The notes beneath the pieces were generated by a model. It ran no database searches and had not been told where the DNA came from. It saw nothing but the letters and a program-made list of their open reading frames with translations. Below, one piece after another: positions 9,498 through 19,231 of a DNA stretch of 64,000 nt. This stretch comes from Dehalococcoidia bacterium. Lineage in GTDB: Bacteria; Chloroflexota; Dehalococcoidia; Bin125. A program made the translations under genes and the position numbers. Each line of letters opens with the position of its first letter. Within the stretch, counting starts at the first letter, position 1. Where the stretch lies: NCBI GenBank assembly GCA_963422755.1, contig OY730488.1; one strand, given 5' to 3'.

Positions 9498-10325
9498 CTA
9501 GCTCGAGCGATCCCACTTGAACGTGAACACCGCGAGCGACATCCCGACCACTATCCAGACCGCCAGCACGATGGCGACCATCTCCAGTTGCCAGGTCATG
9601 CCTGGTTCAGCGAACTTGTATGCATCGGGTAGGAACACGGAGCGCAGACCCTGCGCGATCCAGCGCAGCGGGAAGAGCCCGGCGATCCATTGCAGCCAGG
9701 TCGGCATTGAGCTGAACGTGAAAAATACGCCCGAGATGAACTGCAAGAGGACGAACGGAGCCTGCAACACGGCTGGAGCGGCGTTGGCGGATGGAATGAT
9801 CGCCGTGATCGCGATCCCCAGCACACAGCCGGCCGGCACGCCCAGCAGGATGATCCAGGCCATCGTCAGCCAGCCCTGGGCATCGGGGAGGTCAATCCCG
9901 TAGGCAACCACACCGAGGATCATCATCACCGCCAGCTGCAGCACCGTGTAGACCAGCGCGGTCCCCACCTGCCCGATGAAAAATGACGTCTTGGGCAGCG
10001 GAGTCGCGGCTAGCTGCTTCAGCGTGCCGTCGTACTGCTGGATGGCCAGCGAGATGCCGAGCAAGTTGAATGAGGTGCCAAAGATCGCCGAGGCCATGAT
10101 CCCCGCTACGAAGTACTGGCTGAAGGTTACGACGGGGACCGTGCCCTGCGCTTCCGCTGGGATATCGAGCTCAAACGTCAACAGCGACGAGAAGATGATC
10201 AGGAACAGGATGGGGAACGCGATGATAAAGAAGAGCACCACGGGCTGGCGGTACGTCGCCTTCAGAGAGAGCAACGTGTAGACGCCACCCAGCCGCACGC
10301 TGCGCAGCGCGTTGGCGGCGCTCAT
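9498..10325 (-). CDS. ABC-2 type exporter permease
   Basis: About six TM segments, GTLKQLAATP, FISGVFF, MPTWLQWIAGLFPLRW; overlaps the ATPase stop. Confidence 0.9.
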   Translation of the reverse strand: MSAANALRSVRLGGVYTLLSLKATYRQPVVLFFIIAFPILFLIIFSSLLTFELDIPAEAQGTVPVVTFSQYFVAGIMASAIFGTSFNLLGISLAIQQYDGTLKQLAATPLPKTSFFIGQVGTALVYTVLQLAVMMILGVVAYGIDLPDAQGWLTMAWIILLGVPAGCVLGIAITAIIPSANAAPAVLQAPFVLLQFISGVFFTFSSMPTWLQWIAGLFPLRWIAQGLRSVFLPDAYKFAEPGMTWQLEMVAIVLAVWIVVGMSLAVFTFKWDRSS

Positions 10326-11257
10326 GGCCGCTCCGCCGCTTCCAGCGCCGCGCTGTCGTCGACGATCTCGATGTACATCTCCTCCAGGTCGGGCCGCTCA
10401 ACCTGCAGCTCGGGAATCTCGCCGATGCCGTGGCTCGACGCCCAGTCGATCAGTCGCCCAAGATGCTGCGTCGCTGTCTGCGTTGGCAGAGAGAGTCGTC
10501 CATCCGCGCCGACGCGCACGGAACGCCACTCCTCGGGCAATGTGGACATATCGAGGGCAGGCGGTGGTTGCCAGGAGATGCGCGTGTCCGTGGCCATCTC
10601 GCGGCGCAAGGCGGTGATATCGCCCTCGAAAATGATACGTCCCGCTTTGATCAGCCCGATCCGTTGTGCCAGGTGCTCGGCCTCATCCAGATAGTGCGTG
10701 GTCAGAATGACCGTAGCTCCGCGCGCCGTCAGACCACGCACGACATCCCACGCCTGCCGCCGCGCGGTGACGTCGAAGCCGGTCGTCGGCTCATCGAGAA
10801 AGATCAGGTCAGGGTTGCCGATCACGCTGGTGGCCAGATCCATCCGCCGCTTTTGACCACCTGACAGTTTCGATCCGCGCCGATTGGCGTGCTCGGTTAG
10901 GCCAACCAGTTCCAACGCCTCATCCGTGTTCATCGGCTGGTCGTACAACCTGGCCGTGAAGTCGAGCATCTCGCGCGGTGTGAGGCTCTCCATCGGCGTG
11001 CTGCTCTGGAGCACGATCCCGACGTGCCGGTTCAGCGCGTCTCGCTGCCGCTGCGGATCGAAGCCCAGCACCGACACCTCGCCGGCGTCGCGCTTGCGGT
11101 AGCCCTCGAGAATCTCGATCAGTGTTGTTTTGCCCGCGCCGTTCGGTCCTAACAGGGCGTAGACCTGGCCGGCCGCGATCTCCAGATCAACCCCATCAAG
11201 CGCAGTGACTGCGCCGTAACGCTTGGCAACGCCGCTCATGCTGATCGCTGTGTCCAT
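10322..11257 (-). CDS. ABC exporter ATP-binding protein
   Basis: Walker A GPNGAGKTT, LSGGQ, Walker B IFLDEPT, TTHY; start MDTAIS 6 nt after TACCAT. Confidence 0.93.
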   Translation of the reverse strand: MDTAISMSGVAKRYGAVTALDGVDLEIAAGQVYALLGPNGAGKTTLIEILEGYRKRDAGEVSVLGFDPQRQRDALNRHVGIVLQSSTPMESLTPREMLDFTARLYDQPMNTDEALELVGLTEHANRRGSKLSGGQKRRMDLATSVIGNPDLIFLDEPTTGFDVTARRQAWDVVRGLTARGATVILTTHYLDEAEHLAQRIGLIKAGRIIFEGDITALRREMATDTRISWQPPPALDMSTLPEEWRSVRVGADGRLSLPTQTATQHLGRLIDWASSHGIGEIPELQVERPDLEEMYIEIVDDSAALEAAERP

Positions 11258-11366
11258 GCGGCAATGGTACCGACGCGAAAACACCGGCGTTGTGGCACTG
11301 GCGGTCGCACGCAGAGTGCGTCTGTCGCCTCGTACACTCTCAGCACTGAGTAGAAGGAGTGGCGCC

Positions 11367-12494
11367 ATGACCATCGACCAAACCAAGCTGCAGGAGCTCT
11401 TCGATTTCGTCGAGCAGATCGTCGCCAACGAGCATGTGCCGGCGGCGCAGGTCGCGGTTGGCTACGACGGCGAGCTGGCCGGGATGCGCACGTTCGGCAT
11501 CGCGCACCTGGGCGACGCTGTTTCGCCAGCGCGCGACGACACGCTGTTCTGCATGTTCTCGGCGACCAAGGCCATCGTTGGGGTCGGCGTCTGGAAGCTG
11601 CTCGACGAGGGGCTGTTCGACCTCGATGAGCGGGTGGTCGACATCATCCCCGGCTGGTGCGCCGAGGGCGGCGGCGAAGCCTCGTACGTCGACGTCACCG
11701 TGCGCCAGGTGATGCTGCACACCAGTGGCTTCCCACATGCGCCGATGAATCCGCGTCTGTGGGAGGACCGCGAGGCGCGGCTGCGTCGGATGATGGGCTG
11801 GCGGCTGAACTGGAGGCCCGACTCCCAGTGGGAGTACCACGCCACCTCAGCGCACTGGGTCCTGTCCGAGATCATCCAGCAGCGGACCGGCACGGACTTC
11901 CGCGACTGGCTGCGCGCCAATCTGCTCGACCCGATGGGTCTCGACAACCTCTTCGTCGGCTTACCCAACGAAGAGCATGGCCGCGCGGCATCCATCGTCT
12001 ACACGGAGGAACCGTTGCCAGTGGCGGGCGGCGAGGTCTTCCCGCAGACGATCCTGCACTTCAATCTCGCTTCGCAGCGGCGCGCTGGCTGTCCGGGCGG
12101 CGGCGCCTTCGCCAACGCCGCCGATGTCGCGATGTTCTACCAAGCACTCATCAGCCCCGCCGATGACGCGCCCCTGTCGCGCTCAGCGATTGAGCTCGGT
12201 ACGACCGTCGGCACGAATCCCGACCGCCACACCGATCCGCTCTCGGGCATCCATGTCAACCGCGCGCTGACTGTGGTCCTGGCGGGCGAGGATGGGCTGA
12301 GCCTGGAGCGAGGCTTCGGAGCGGGCGTGTCGCCGCGCGCCTTCGGTCACGCGGGCGCGGGCGGGCAGGTTGCCTGGGGCGACCCCGAGACCGGCCTCTC
12401 TGTCAGCTTCCTCACCAACGGCTTCCAGCAGGACGAGCAGATCCGCGCCCGCACCGCACAGATCGGTACGCTGGCCGCGGCCTGCGTGGCGTAA
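11367..12494 (+). CDS. Serine hydrolase, beta-lactamase/EstB family
   Basis: SxxK (FSATK), MLHTSG, WEYH, FGHAGAGG; RBS AGAAGGAG upstream. Confidence 0.88.
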   Translation: MTIDQTKLQELFDFVEQIVANEHVPAAQVAVGYDGELAGMRTFGIAHLGDAVSPARDDTLFCMFSATKAIVGVGVWKLLDEGLFDLDERVVDIIPGWCAEGGGEASYVDVTVRQVMLHTSGFPHAPMNPRLWEDREARLRRMMGWRLNWRPDSQWEYHATSAHWVLSEIIQQRTGTDFRDWLRANLLDPMGLDNLFVGLPNEEHGRAASIVYTEEPLPVAGGEVFPQTILHFNLASQRRAGCPGGGAFANAADVAMFYQALISPADDAPLSRSAIELGTTVGTNPDRHTDPLSGIHVNRALTVVLAGEDGLSLERGFGAGVSPRAFGHAGAGGQVAWGDPETGLSVSFLTNGFQQDEQIRARTAQIGTLAAACVA

Positions 12495-12553
12495 GCAACC
12501 GTTACGTCAGCGCGTGTGCGTCAGTGAAACGGCGTCCGCGCCGGAACGGGACT

Positions 12554-13504
12554 CTATTCGGACTCGGTGCCGGGCAGTAACGGCCCTTCAGCGATCGCGG
12601 GAAATGCCCGCGTCACTGCCAACGCTGCATCCGGATCGGTAAAGCTGAGCGGCTGGATCACCGTCCACTGCGGTGAGGCCCAGCGTTCTCGCAGGCGTGC
12701 ACCTTCCGGCACACGTCGGCAGACCACGTCGATCAACTGCTCGAGCAGCGCGTCGAGCCAGCGGAACATGCCCAGCAGTGATGCATCGATCGCTTCAGCG
12801 GCGGCGATCGTCTGTCGCGCCGATGCCTTCAGCCCGTCCAGGCGCTGCTCGCCATCGGCGCGCTCGAAGTTTGGGTGGTGCACCATGATGTAGAGATTGG
12901 GGTCGTTGGCCAGCGGCAGCGCCCTGAAATCCGACGGCGCACCGACTGATGAGCGGGCCAACGTCTCGGCCCAGTCCGGCAGCGCGCCGCCCGGCGCGAG
13001 CAGTTCGGCGAGCGCAGGGTCCAGCTCCGCCAGCGGCGCCGTCGCCAGACGCCGCAGGCTGCCGCGACGCTTGAGCAATCGCTGCCCCCGCTCGCCATAG
13101 CAGGTGGGGATGATCGCTGCGACGTGATCGAGGAGCTCGGCGATGTACGCGGCAACCAGGTCCACCATGAGCGGAGTCCGTTCGACCAGCTCACGCGTCA
13201 GCTCCTCCTCGATCGCCCCGACCGTACGGTTCTTGAGATCCTCCAGCGGTACCTGCATCTGCTGCAACGCATAGACAATCTTCGGTCCGAGCTGTCGGAG
13301 TCGTACTGCGGCGTCGGCGAACGCGTCGTCGGGTTCCAGATACGCCAGCGCTTCCGACGGCCAGAGTCCAATGCCGAAACGGATCTGTGGGCTGGGCATG
13401 CGCGAGATATCACGCTCGCGGCCGGCATCGACGAACGTGCCGCGCGCTGGCATGGCGACGCCATGACGCTGGGGGTCGCGCGGCGGGTTGTCAGTAGCCG
13501 GCAT
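12554..13504 (-). CDS. Hypothetical helical protein
   Basis: 316-aa ORF overlapping the upstream dehydrogenase stop; start uncertain. Confidence 0.6.
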   Translation of the reverse strand: MPATDNPPRDPQRHGVAMPARGTFVDAGRERDISRMPSPQIRFGIGLWPSEALAYLEPDDAFADAAVRLRQLGPKIVYALQQMQVPLEDLKNRTVGAIEEELTRELVERTPLMVDLVAAYIAELLDHVAAIIPTCYGERGQRLLKRRGSLRRLATAPLAELDPALAELLAPGGALPDWAETLARSSVGAPSDFRALPLANDPNLYIMVHHPNFERADGEQRLDGLKASARQTIAAAEAIDASLLGMFRWLDALLEQLIDVVCRRVPEGARLRERWASPQWTVIQPLSFTDPDAALAVTRAFPAIAEGPLLPGTESE

Positions 13505-14522
13505 GGCGATCCACCATATCTAGGAGCGGTGCACCGTGCAGGAAGCGGCGCAGATTGTCGGCGAAGCGGCGCGACGCTTTCCCGAAGTAGTCGGGTTGCA
13601 GACCGCTGTTATGTGGGGTGACGAACAGATGCGGCGTGCGCCAGAGCGGATGACCGTCTGGCAGCGGCTCGGGGAATGTGACGTCGGTGTACGAGGCTCG
13701 CAACCGTCCTGACTCGAGCGCCGCGACGTGCGCGTCCCAGTCCACGACCTCGCCGCGGGCGATGTTGATCAGGGCCGCGCCGGGCTTCATCGCGCTCAGC
13801 TCAGCTGCGCCAATCAGGCGCTGCGTGTCGGCGGTCAGGGGCACGGCGAGCACCACGTAGTCTGACTCGGCGAGGACATCGTGGAGCCGTTCGGGCGGCC
13901 AGACCAGCGCGACCGAGTCGGGTGCTTCGAGCGGCGGCGCGCCATCGCCCGAGGCGCGCCGGCGAATGCCGACCACGCGGGCGCCGAAGGCGTCGCAGAA
14001 CCGCGCAATCTCCGCGCCGATCGCTCCGTACCCAATGATCCCCACGGTCGCCCCTTCAAGCGTCTGCGGGTCGGAACGACGCCAGACGCCTTCGCGCTGC
14101 GAGTCGAGATGGCCGACCATACGCTTGGCATCCATCAGCATGAATGTCAGGACCCACTCGCCGATCACCCGCGCGGCGAGCCCTGGCATCTTCGTAATCA
14201 CGACGTCGTCGCCGATGGGATGGTCGAGGATCTGGTTGGCGCCGGCCGAGGCCAGCGCGATCCACTCCAGCGCCGTGGCGTCGCCGGCGAGGTCGCCGGA
14301 GAAGAATGTAAACCAGATGCGATCGCGGTGCTGGATCTCAGCCGCTTCCTCGAGCGCCGCGCCAACGTCGAGCTGTGGATGCTGCGGCTCGCGCATGTAG
14401 CGGACCAGATTCTGGGAGACGTTGTGTATCTCGACGTGCGGATCGACCGCGCGAATGATATCCAGCGCCGCCTCGCCGACTGGCAGAAAGTTGGCGATGT
14501 GAATTGTGTCCGTCGTGTGCAT
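13491..14522 (-). CDS. D-2-hydroxyacid dehydrogenase family protein
   Basis: GIIGYGAIG, VPLTADT, INIARG, TPHNSG. Confidence 0.92.
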   Translation of the reverse strand: MHTTDTIHIANFLPVGEAALDIIRAVDPHVEIHNVSQNLVRYMREPQHPQLDVGAALEEAAEIQHRDRIWFTFFSGDLAGDATALEWIALASAGANQILDHPIGDDVVITKMPGLAARVIGEWVLTFMLMDAKRMVGHLDSQREGVWRRSDPQTLEGATVGIIGYGAIGAEIARFCDAFGARVVGIRRRASGDGAPPLEAPDSVALVWPPERLHDVLAESDYVVLAVPLTADTQRLIGAAELSAMKPGAALINIARGEVVDWDAHVAALESGRLRASYTDVTFPEPLPDGHPLWRTPHLFVTPHNSGLQPDYFGKASRRFADNLRRFLHGAPLLDMVDRHAGY

Positions 14523-14558
14523 CTACTCAGAATACGCGCTCACAGATAAGCTGATGCC

Positions 14559-15098
14559 ATGAGTATCCCCATCAGAGCCACCAGCACGTTGCAGCTCACC
14601 TGCCCTGACGCAGAATCCACCCGCGCCGTCGGCGCAGCGGTCGGACGACTGGCGGAACCGGGCGCCGTGCTGCTGCTGCAGGGCGACCTTGGCGCAGGCA
14701 AGACAGTCTTCGCGCAAGGCGTGGGGCGTGGGCTGGACGCGCCAACGGTCATCAACTCCCCGACATTCGTGCTGGTCAACGAGCATCTCGGCGGCCGCCT
14801 CGCAATGCGCCACGCCGACCTGTACCGACTCGACGACCCTAGTCAGCCAGAGCTGATCGCTGAGCTGGGCCTCGATCAGCTCGCGGAGGGCGGCGTCTTG
14901 CTTGTGGAGTGGCCGGAGCGCGGCGCTGACGCGTTGCCCGCCGACCACTTGCATGTACGGCTCACAGCGCTCGATGACGATGTCGCCGAAGACGCGCTGG
15001 ACGTCTCGCCGCGGGAGCTGACCGTGACAGCGTCGGGCGAGCAGTCCGCGCTGCTGCTGGAACGACTCAGCCATACGCTCGCTGCGGTCACCGTCTGA
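14559..15098 (+). CDS. tsaE: tRNA threonylcarbamoyladenosine biosynthesis ATPase TsaE
   Basis: GDLGAGKT, SPTFVLVNE, HADLYRL, VEWPE. Confidence 0.95.
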   Translation: MSIPIRATSTLQLTCPDAESTRAVGAAVGRLAEPGAVLLLQGDLGAGKTVFAQGVGRGLDAPTVINSPTFVLVNEHLGGRLAMRHADLYRLDDPSQPELIAELGLDQLAEGGVLLVEWPERGADALPADHLHVRLTALDDDVAEDALDVSPRELTVTASGEQSALLLERLSHTLAAVTV

Positions 15099-15814
15099 TG
15101 GAACTGTCCATCGACACGGTCGGCGAGCAGTCCTCCGTCGCCGTGAGCGAGCAGGGTCTCGTGCTGACCGAAATCTCCTGGCGCTCGGGCCGACGGCATA
15201 CGCCGTCGCTGACGCCGATGATCGACTTCGTCTGTCGACAAACCGGAAACGCTGAGCTGGTGCGACGGGAGCTGGGCGCTGTGTTCGTCAATATCGGTCC
15301 TGGCGCGTACGGCGGCATCCGCTCGGGCATAGCCGCGGCCGAGGGACTAGCCGTGGCGCTGGACTTGCCTTGCGTCGGCATCGGACGACTCGAACTCGAG
15401 GCCTATCAGCACGCCGCCAGCGGTCTGGCGGCGGCAGTCCACCGCGCCTCGCGGACGACCTGGGCTTGGCAAATCTTCTGGGGACCGCTGGCGCGCTGGC
15501 GGGCGCTGCGCGAGCCGCAGACCGGCGGCGACCCCGAGCTGCAACGCGCGCTCGCCGACGCCGCCCGGTTCGCTGGCCGCGCCGGCATCGTCTGCGGCGA
15601 GCCCGACCGTCTCAGCGACATGCTCGCCGAATCGTTCGGCAACGCAGGCTGGGCGCTCGCTCCACCCGCGCTGAACCAGCGGCGGGCTGGCATCCTGGCC
15701 GAGCTCGGCTGGCGCCGGCTGCAGGACGGTCGCGGCGTCTCGCCGGCCGCGCTGGAACCGCTCTATCTCCGCGAGCCGGCGATCGGCCCACAACCACCGC
15801 CCGATCCTCAATAA
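15098..15814 (+). CDS. tsaB: tRNA threonylcarbamoyladenosine biosynthesis protein TsaB
   Basis: LSIDT, GPGAYGGIRSG, LEPLYLR; coupled to tsaE. Confidence 0.9.
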   Translation: MELSIDTVGEQSSVAVSEQGLVLTEISWRSGRRHTPSLTPMIDFVCRQTGNAELVRRELGAVFVNIGPGAYGGIRSGIAAAEGLAVALDLPCVGIGRLELEAYQHAASGLAAAVHRASRTTWAWQIFWGPLARWRALREPQTGGDPELQRALADAARFAGRAGIVCGEPDRLSDMLAESFGNAGWALAPPALNQRRAGILAELGWRRLQDGRGVSPAALEPLYLREPAIGPQPPPDPQ

Positions 15815-15860
15815 CGCTCGGATAGAGCACACAGGCTAAACACTCAGACTGGAGCACGAG

Positions 15861-16316
15861 ATGTCCACCGAACGCACCTTGGTCTTGGTCAAGCCAGACG
15901 GCGTCCAACGCGGCCTGATCGGCCAGGTCCTGAGCCGACTCGAACGGCGCGGACTACGGCTGATCGGCCTCAAGCTGATGCAGATGGACGCGGCGCTCGC
16001 CAATCAACACTACGCCGAACACCTCGACAAGCCATTCTTTCCCGGTCTGCGCGACTTCATCACGTCGGGACCACTGGTCGCGGCGGCACTGGAAGGCGCC
16101 AATGCCGTCCAACTCGTTCGCAACACGATGGGTGCGACCAATCCGCTCGACGCGACACCGGGCAGCATCCGCGCCGACTTCGGCGTCGACCTGGGCCGCA
16201 ACGTGATCCACGGTTCCGACTCGCCGGAGTCAGGCGAGCGCGAGATTGCACTGTTTTTCCAGGAGTCCGAGCTGGTCAGCTGGACACGCGACATCGAGCG
16301 TTGGATCTACGAGTAG
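15861..16316 (+). CDS. ndk: Nucleoside diphosphate kinase
   Basis: ERTLVLVKPDGVQRGL, GSIRADF, NVIHGSDS. Confidence 0.97.
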   Translation: MSTERTLVLVKPDGVQRGLIGQVLSRLERRGLRLIGLKLMQMDAALANQHYAEHLDKPFFPGLRDFITSGPLVAAALEGANAVQLVRNTMGATNPLDATPGSIRADFGVDLGRNVIHGSDSPESGEREIALFFQESELVSWTRDIERWIYE

Positions 16317-16354
16317 CTTGGTGAGATGAGCGGGGACGCGGGGACATGGAGGCG

Positions 16355-16759
16355 TTACTCAACGCGCAGCAGCGTGTCGGCGCGGGACCAGAGACCGTCC
16401 AGGTCGTAATACTCGCGCGTGTCGCGGTCGAAGATATGGACCACCACCGAACCGTAGTCACACAACAGCCAACCGCCCTCAGCGCCGCCCTCGCGGCGCG
16501 GGAAATCGGCGTCGGACACATGCCGCAGCGCGTCCTCCAGCGCGCCGAACTGACGTCGCGAGGTCGCCGAAGCGATCACGAAGTAGTCGGCCAGGTCGGT
16601 ATGCGGACCGACGTCGAGCAACACGATCACCTCAGCCTGCCGCTCGTCGAGCTGTTCGACGATGGCGCGGGCGAGGCGTTCGGCGTCTGCTTTGGTCGTA
16701 CGAATGGGCCTCGACGCGGATGGGCTGAGATCCGTCGTGGAGGTGATCACATCACTCAT
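16355..16759 (-). CDS. rsfS: Ribosome silencing factor RsfS
   Basis: ADYFVIAS, WLLCDYGSVVVHIF, REYYDLDGLW; start uncertain. Confidence 0.9.
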   Translation of the reverse strand: MSDVITSTTDLSPSASRPIRTTKADAERLARAIVEQLDERQAEVIVLLDVGPHTDLADYFVIASATSRRQFGALEDALRHVSDADFPRREGGAEGGWLLCDYGSVVVHIFDRDTREYYDLDGLWSRADTLLRVE

Positions 16760-16769
16760 GGTAACGCCC

Positions 16770-17855
16770 ATGTCTGAGCGCGTCGTCGTCGGCATGAGTG
16801 GCGGGGTCGACTCATCGGTCGCTGCGGCGCTGCTCGTCGAGCAGGGCTATGAGGTGATCGGCATCACCATGCGGCTCTGGACCGAGTCTCGGCCCGAGGA
16901 ATACACAGGCCGCTCGCAGTGTTGCGCGATTGAGGACATCGGCGACGCGCGACGCGTGGCGCAGCGGCTCGGCATTCCACATTACACACTCAACCTCGAG
17001 CGTCCCTTTCGACAATTCGTCGTCGACCCGTTCATCGAACAGTACGCGCGCGGGCAGACGCCCAATCCCTGCCTCGACTGCAACACCTTCATCAAGTTCG
17101 ACGCGTTCCTCAAACGGGCGAGCGCGCTCGGCGCGGACTGGATCGCGACGGGGCATTACGCCCGCCGCACCCTCGACGCTGCGGGCCGTCCACAACTGCT
17201 ACGTGGCGTCGACGCACAGAAAGATCAGACCTACTTCCTCTACACGCTGTCGGCCGAGGCGCTGGCCATGACGAAGTTTCCGGTCGGCGGCCTCAGGAAA
17301 TCCGATGTACGTGCGGTCGCCGCGCGGCACGGATTGGCTATCGCTGAGAAATCCGAAAGCGCCGACATCTGCTTCGTGCCCGGCGGCGACTACCGCACCG
17401 TCGTCGGTGCGCGCGTGGCCGACCGCCCCGGCCTGCTTCTCGACACCGAGGGCCGCGAGGTCGGTCGGCACCGAGGCGTGCAACACTTCACGATCGGCCA
17501 GCGCAAAGGGCTCGGTCTGGGCGGTGGCGCCCAACGCCGATTTGTCACCAGCATCGACGCCGGAACCAACACGGTCACGGTCGGCGGTGCGGATGATCTG
17601 CTCGTCGATCAGATCCAGCTCTCAGGCGTCCGCTGGCTCGACGAGCCGCGCAAGCGCCTCGCCGTCCAATTGCGCTATCGCTCGGAACCGGTCGGCGCCA
17701 CTCTCTCGGGCGATCGCTTGACGCTCGACCACCGGGCGCGTGCGGTCGCACCGGGGCAGGCGGCGGTGTTCTACGACGGCGAGCGCGTGCTGGGCGGCGG
17801 CAGCGTGGAGTCAGTGCTCCGCGCCAGCGGAGCGACAAGCACCACGCTCGAGTAG
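16770..17855 (+). CDS. mnmA: tRNA-specific 2-thiouridylase MnmA
   Basis: MSGGVDSS, TPNPCLDCN, ATGHY, KDQTYFL, TIGQRKG, PGQAAVFY. Confidence 0.96.
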   Translation: MSERVVVGMSGGVDSSVAAALLVEQGYEVIGITMRLWTESRPEEYTGRSQCCAIEDIGDARRVAQRLGIPHYTLNLERPFRQFVVDPFIEQYARGQTPNPCLDCNTFIKFDAFLKRASALGADWIATGHYARRTLDAAGRPQLLRGVDAQKDQTYFLYTLSAEALAMTKFPVGGLRKSDVRAVAARHGLAIAEKSESADICFVPGGDYRTVVGARVADRPGLLLDTEGREVGRHRGVQHFTIGQRKGLGLGGGAQRRFVTSIDAGTNTVTVGGADDLLVDQIQLSGVRWLDEPRKRLAVQLRYRSEPVGATLSGDRLTLDHRARAVAPGQAAVFYDGERVLGGGSVESVLRASGATSTTLE

Positions 17856-17864
17856 GCTCAGCAC

Positions 17865-18185
17865 ATGGCGTTGAGCACGATCACCGACATTCGCGACATC
17901 GTCATCATCGTTGGCGGCTTGCTGAGCGTGCTCACGCTCGTCGTCATCATCCTGGCGACGATCATCGTCGGCTTCCTCAGCGTCCGACTGCTCCGCGCGG
18001 CTCGCCAGACGATTCAGGAAGGCGTGCCGCCGCTGCTCGAGCAGGCGCAAGAAACGGTCAAGAGCGTCAAGGGTACCGCCGAATATCTGGGAGATTCGGC
18101 TGTCGAACCGGTCATCCGAGCGTACGCGACAGCGTCACGGGTGCAGCGGATATTCGACGTACTCAGTGGCCGGCGGGGGGACTGA
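17865..18185 (+). CDS. Small membrane protein (DUF948-like)
   Basis: N-terminal TM helix then amphipathic helix; TAGGCT-6nt-ATG start. Confidence 0.65.
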   Translation: MALSTITDIRDIVIIVGGLLSVLTLVVIILATIIVGFLSVRLLRAARQTIQEGVPPLLEQAQETVKSVKGTAEYLGDSAVEPVIRAYATASRVQRIFDVLSGRRGD

Positions 18186-18186
18186 C

Positions 18187-18399
18187 GTGAGCTTCTGGCG
18201 CGGCCTGCGTTGGGGGCTGTTGTTGGGCGTCATCGCAGCGCTGGTCGGCCGGATCATGAGCGGACCGGAGAACGACGAGACCTGGCAGCAGGCCAAGATC
18301 GCCGGAGACATCGCCGCCGCCCAGACCGAAGCTGAGCAGCGCGAACGGTTCCAACGGACGCGCACCGGCGAGAGCGAGGATGAGGCTACATCTTCGTGA
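18187..18399 (+). CDS. Small membrane-anchored protein (YtxH-like)
   Basis: GTG start next to the upstream stop; FWRGLRWGLLLGVIAAL. Confidence 0.55.
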   Translation: MSFWRGLRWGLLLGVIAALVGRIMSGPENDETWQQAKIAGDIAAAQTEAEQRERFQRTRTGESEDEATSS

Positions 18400-19231
18400 G
18401 AATATGATCCGCAATCTTCAATGCGTGATCTTTGGCCGCAGGCGCAGGATTGCTAACCGCAAACATCAACCAATAGAGCGGTGAATTATTACTATTCTTA
18501 AACTCTCGAGGCTCTGCCGCTACGCCCGCAAACACGGTCTTGAGCTTGTCCATGTACAACTGCGTAATTTGACCGATTCCCTTTCGAGTTCTGATCTCCG
18601 GCTTGTCCTCAAACAACTTGGATTGGAAGTACTGCGCTTTCCGCCACGACTCATCGCCGAAGACTTGCGTCAGTTTCGCTCCGTGAGATGTACCGCCTTT
18701 GCGAGGCAGTAAGCGTCGGATGGTGGATACCGGGAACAGGATCCAGACGTCACACTTCTGGCTCTGCGCCAGAGATTCGACGGTAGACCAATCCACTTCA
18801 GCCCCAAACGGGTCGAGAAACACAACAGCTCGGTCGAAGGGATCCATCGAGTTGCAGAATCTCAGGAGTTCGATATTCGCATCGCCCTGCACAACCTGCG
18901 CGAGACTTTCTTTGCCAAGCTCCTTTACTCGCGCTTCTAGTGACTGTGCATTCTGTTTGTCTTCCTCGATGAACAAAAATCGATCGAATGGTTTATTAGT
19001 GATAGCCAACGCAATCTCAGGCGACCCTCGCAACCACATACGCCCCGCTTCATCGTCAAGCGCCTGAATTGCACCGGAACCAGCGAACGCATCGATGTAC
19101 CAGAGCGTAAATGACTGCTTCTTCAGGACTGTCGTATATGTCTTCAGATACTCTTCTAGTATACGGAGCTTTTCATGGGTCCAGCGTCCGCCAAACTTCT
19201 GCGCTCTCACATCATTACTATCGCTAGGCAT
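18386..19231 (-). CDS. tcmP: Three-Cys-motif partner protein TcmP (methyltransferase-like)
   Basis: FGGRWTHEKL, YIDAFAGSG, FIEED, GDAN, FLDPFG; overlaps DUF5131 gene; lower GC. Confidence 0.85.
   Translation of the reverse strand: MPSDSNDVRAQKFGGRWTHEKLRILEEYLKTYTTVLKKQSFTLWYIDAFAGSGAIQALDDEAGRMWLRGSPEIALAITNKPFDRFLFIEEDKQNAQSLEARVKELGKESLAQVVQGDANIELLRFCNSMDPFDRAVVFLDPFGAEVDWSTVESLAQSQKCDVWILFPVSTIRRLLPRKGGTSHGAKLTQVFGDESWRKAQYFQSKLFEDKPEIRTRKGIGQITQLYMDKLKTVFAGVAAEPREFKNSNNSPLYWLMFAVSNPAPAAKDHALKIADHILTKM

Noticed and set aside
11367-12494. True beta-lactamase resistance gene
   Set aside because: Motifs fit the broad esterase-like serine hydrolase family; no signal peptide.
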